From the NCBI GenBank assembly GCA_963827275.1, contig CAWHAA010000004.1, forward strand, positions 96,001-160,000: a stretch of 64,000 bases of DNA, written 5' to 3'. The notes under the pieces are model-generated. The model was not told the origin of the DNA and did no database searches. It saw nothing but the letters and a program-made list of their open reading frames with translations. Every line of letters starts with the position of its first letter. Within the stretch, counting starts at the first letter, position 1. Of the stretch, positions 60,992-64,000 are shown piece by piece. Both the position numbers and the translations under genes were made by a program. Source of the DNA: an uncultured Spirochaetota bacterium (GTDB lineage Bacteria > Spirochaetota > UBA4802 > UBA5550).

Positions 60992-61816
60992 ATGAGAAAG
61001 GGACTGTTCCTGATTATGTCATGTGCCATAGCGATCCTCTTTTCTTCGGCATTCGCGCAATCCTACAAATACGACTACCATCCGGCATACGGGCCGTCAC
61101 CGCTGGGCGGCGAACCCACGTCGATGGCAAAACAGCTCAGCTATGATAATTTCAGGTCGATAAAACTTCTCAATACTGCGGTATTGAACTACGGCGGCGG
61201 CGAGGGCGATATCGACAAGCTGATCGACCAGTATGCGGAAGCGAGCGCGCTCTATTTCCAGAACAAGATGACGGAATCGGCAAAGGCGTTCAAGGACAAC
61301 CAGGCGGCGATTATGGCCACGACGCGGCAGCTCGCGCAGAAGTACAACCAGGACACCGGGGCCCTTCTCAAGGACGCCATGAACATGAGCATACGCGCGA
61401 AGATCAAGCAGCAGATCAAGGGAAACAGCGAGGGACGTTTCCACATGGACAAGTTCCTCGACCAGGGCAAGGCGGGCGTGATGAAGGCCAATGACTATTA
61501 TGACCGCTACAAGGACGCCAAGTCCGCTTCGGCGATGGACCTGATCACCGCGATATACTACTACCGCGGCGCCAAGGACAGCCTCTTCCAGATGATGCGG
61601 GTCATGGCCGTCGAACAGAGCCGGGTGCAGGCGGAGGCGGAGGCCGCCGCCATGGTGGCCCGGAAGGAGATAAAGCGCTCGGAGAAGGAAGAGGTGATGC
61701 GGCAGAAGGAAGCGCAGAAGACGAAAGAGCTGCAGGCAAAATACCTTGAAAAATATTCGAAGGACATGGCGGATAACAAGAACATCGTGTATGAGTCACG
61801 CGAGAAGGAGAAATAA
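60992..61816 (+). CDS. Secreted alpha-helical hypothetical protein
   Basis: Signal peptide ending AFA; helical pattern. Confidence 0.75.
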   Translation: MRKGLFLIMSCAIAILFSSAFAQSYKYDYHPAYGPSPLGGEPTSMAKQLSYDNFRSIKLLNTAVLNYGGGEGDIDKLIDQYAEASALYFQNKMTESAKAFKDNQAAIMATTRQLAQKYNQDTGALLKDAMNMSIRAKIKQQIKGNSEGRFHMDKFLDQGKAGVMKANDYYDRYKDAKSASAMDLITAIYYYRGAKDSLFQMMRVMAVEQSRVQAEAEAAAMVARKEIKRSEKEEVMRQKEAQKTKELQAKYLEKYSKDMADNKNIVYESREKEK

Positions 61817-61833
61817 GGGCCGTTCCGCCGCCT

Positions 61834-62637
61834 TTATTCCTTGCGCCCGGGCGGCGGCTTTTGTTTTTTTAATACCTTAAGGGCATGGAGCCTGATGGTG
61901 GTATTGTGGTGGACGAGAAGGTTTATGACCTTCTCGTTTGTTTTGGCATCAAGATGGTAGCCCTCCAGCGCCGTGAGCGTCGCCTGCAGCAGTGAATAAT
62001 CGAAGGGGCCGCACGAGTTGAACCGCTCCACGATGGCCCTGTAGAGAAGCGGGTCTTTGGCGGTAAGCCCCCTGAGGGCCGCCAGCGCCACGCTGGAGCT
62101 GGGGTCGTTCATCGATTTGATGATCGCGGGGATGCACATGGCCCGGATGGTCGCATCGTCAAGGGCCACCATCCCCCTGACCGATTCCTCCCTGATGAGC
62201 CAGTCGCCGCTGCGGGTCCCCCTGATGAACAATCCCGCCGCGGACGGGTCTTTTGCTTTCCCGAGCGCCCGCAGCGCGTACCACCGGACATTGCTTTGCC
62301 GCTCGTCCGCGGCGATCTTCTTCACCACGTCCATAGCGCCTTTCGTCCTGATCTTTGCCAGCCCTTCCACCGCTTCAATCCTCACCGCGGGGGAGGCGTC
62401 GTTCGCAGCGACCAGCAGGGTGCCGATCACGAGGTCGTTCTTGTCCTTGCCGAAATAGTTGACGATTTCGCGGACGGCGTCGCGCCGCTCCATCCACCCC
62501 CCGCCGGCGTATGTATTGGCGGCGCTCCTCTGTTTCTGGGTCCGGACCAGTTCGCTCTTTCCGAACATGCTGCACCCGGAGAGGTTCAGGAACAACAGTG
62601 CGAAAAGGAGCGGGAGCGGAGCCGCGTACAGGCGCAT
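61834..62637 (-). CDS. HEAT-repeat lipoprotein
   Basis: Lipobox LSGC; repeated VR..A..AL motifs. Confidence 0.8.
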   Translation of the reverse strand: MRLYAAPLPLLFALLFLNLSGCSMFGKSELVRTQKQRSAANTYAGGGWMERRDAVREIVNYFGKDKNDLVIGTLLVAANDASPAVRIEAVEGLAKIRTKGAMDVVKKIAADERQSNVRWYALRALGKAKDPSAAGLFIRGTRSGDWLIREESVRGMVALDDATIRAMCIPAIIKSMNDPSSSVALAALRGLTAKDPLLYRAIVERFNSCGPFDYSLLQATLTALEGYHLDAKTNEKVINLLVHHNTTIRLHALKVLKKQKPPPGRKE

Positions 62638-62697
62638 GGCCTTCCGTGGTCCGCGCGCGGTGTCAGGACAGAGGGGAAGGCCTGCGATCATGGGCTG

Positions 62698-64000
62698 TCA
62701 GTCGGCCGGGGCCGGCGCCTGCCCGCCGCTGATGAGCCGGTACTGGGTAAGGAACTTGCCGGTCCGCAAAATGTAGTAGCGTGTCTCTATGAAGGGCGTG
62801 AATTCGGTGAAATAATCCATGTCGTCGCTCTTCATCTTATCAATCCACTTGCCCACGTTACCGGCCCCCGCGTTATAGGCGGCCACCACGTAGGGGAAGT
62901 TCCCCTTGAACTGGCGGAAGAGGCCTGCGATGTATTTGGCGCCGAACTGGACCGACGTGCAGGGATCGGTGAGGTCGTAGTTCTCCAGCTTCAGGCCGCG
63001 CGCAAGCCCTTTCGCCGTTGCCGGCATGAGCTGCATGAGGCCTGCCGCGCCGGCGGAGGAGACCGCCCGGTGGTTGAAGAGGGACTCGGCCTTCATCACG
63101 GAATAGATGACATTCGGTTCCAGCTCGTAGAGGCGGCCGTAGCGCTCCACGCATTCCTTGAAGGGCGCGGGGAAGAGGGCCGTGACCGACCCTTCCGGCA
63201 TGAGGGCGATGTTCTCCTTTAATTCAGCGAGCTTCAACAGCTCGAGAAAGGAGTAGACCTCCTGGTAGGCGTGGGGATATTGCCTGCTGTAATGGGCGAG
63301 CGCGATATGCCGGTCCCTGCGTGCCACGGCCGTCCCGGGGAGAAGGGCCAGCTCCCTGGCAATGCCGGCGTCGTAGCCGACCTGGAAGTATTTGCCGATC
63401 TCTTTCAGCGTGCCGCCGTACGAGGAGGATGTCTTCATCCCCGCTACCGCGTCCTCGAGCTCCCGGTAGCGCCGGACAACGGGCGCGTCAAGGTCGCCGA
63501 TGCGCGCACTCCTTTTCTGCATCGATTGCTCCTTGATAAAGAGGAGCAGGTGCAGGTAGAGCGCCGCGTCCATGTCCCCGCCGGCGACCGCCTTTTTGTA
63601 ATCGTCGGCAAGGGCCGCGCCGGACTCCCGGTCGGCGATCTGCTTCATGAGGAGCCAGGTGTAGGGGGAATCGGGGTTGATTGTCGCGATATCGCGGGCG
63701 GTTTTCAGCGCCCGTTGCTTGTCCCCTGCCGCAGAATATATCTTGTAGAGCCAGAACCTGCATTCATCAGAATGGCTCCCGTCCGGGAACCGCTTTACCG
63801 ATTCCCCGAGGTATTCGCCCGCCCGGGCCATGTTCCCGGCGCGCACCATTGAGCGGCCCAGGAGCCAGAGGAAGCGCCCTGCGTGGTCGTCAGAGTACCT
63901 CTCCTTGTATTGCAGCAGCGCCTGCTCGTACCCGGCCATCTTCCGTTCTTCCATGAGGCGCGCGGTGCGGTACATCGCGTCCTGCACGTGCGGCTCCGCC
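62698..64000 (-). CDS. TPR-containing soluble lytic transglycosylase (5' end outside window)
   Basis: MKAES, AVSSAGAAGLMQLMP.TA, AAYNAG and ETR.Y SLT motifs. Confidence 0.92.
   Translation of the reverse strand, partial: AEPHVQDAMYRTARLMEERKMAGYEQALLQYKERYSDDHAGRFLWLLGRSMVRAGNMARAGEYLGESVKRFPDGSHSDECRFWLYKIYSAAGDKQRALKTARDIATINPDSPYTWLLMKQIADRESGAALADDYKKAVAGGDMDAALYLHLLLFIKEQSMQKRSARIGDLDAPVVRRYRELEDAVAGMKTSSSYGGTLKEIGKYFQVGYDAGIARELALLPGTAVARRDRHIALAHYSRQYPHAYQEVYSFLELLKLAELKENIALMPEGSVTALFPAPFKECVERYGRLYELEPNVIYSVMKAESLFNHRAVSSAGAAGLMQLMPATAKGLARGLKLENYDLTDPCTSVQFGAKYIAGLFRQFKGNFPYVVAAYNAGAGNVGKWIDKMKSDDMDYFTEFTPFIETRYYILRTGKFLTQYRLISGGQAPAPAD

Overview
This is a GC-rich bacterial window, probably from a Leptospira-related spirochaete. 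That assignment is inferred from the ispE-tRNA(Gln)-short glmU-prs-rplY-pth block, its atypical Pth and spirochaete-like lipoproteins. Most of the first 50 kb is a dispersed type II PKS/FAS cluster of the aryl-polyene/flexirubin/'ladderane-like' family, in three segments: 1-13.1 kb, 22.2-37.3 kb and 44.5-50 kb. It encodes three ACPs, a KS-CLF fusion plus a separate KS/CLF pair, two dehydratases, two reductases, two B12-dependent radical SAM enzymes, tandem BtrH-like modules, an aromatic amino-acid ammonia-lyase, a GT2, an acyltransferase, a DAK2-DegV fusion, LolA, an ABC exporter and a ~1,950-aa single-chain acyl-CoA carboxylase. A lower-GC module at 14.1-21.5 kb holds two divergent paralogs of an unrecognised domain (one fused to HU/IHF), a metallophosphoesterase, a Ser/Thr kinase, a membrane FHA protein and a vWA-FHA protein; I cannot match it to a described system. 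The window also has a membrane PPase with a Na+,H+ signature, a divergent ion transporter, two PAS kinases and housekeeping genes. Four genes are broken by frameshifts that may be sequencing errors. All family calls come from motif recognition by eye; no searches were run.
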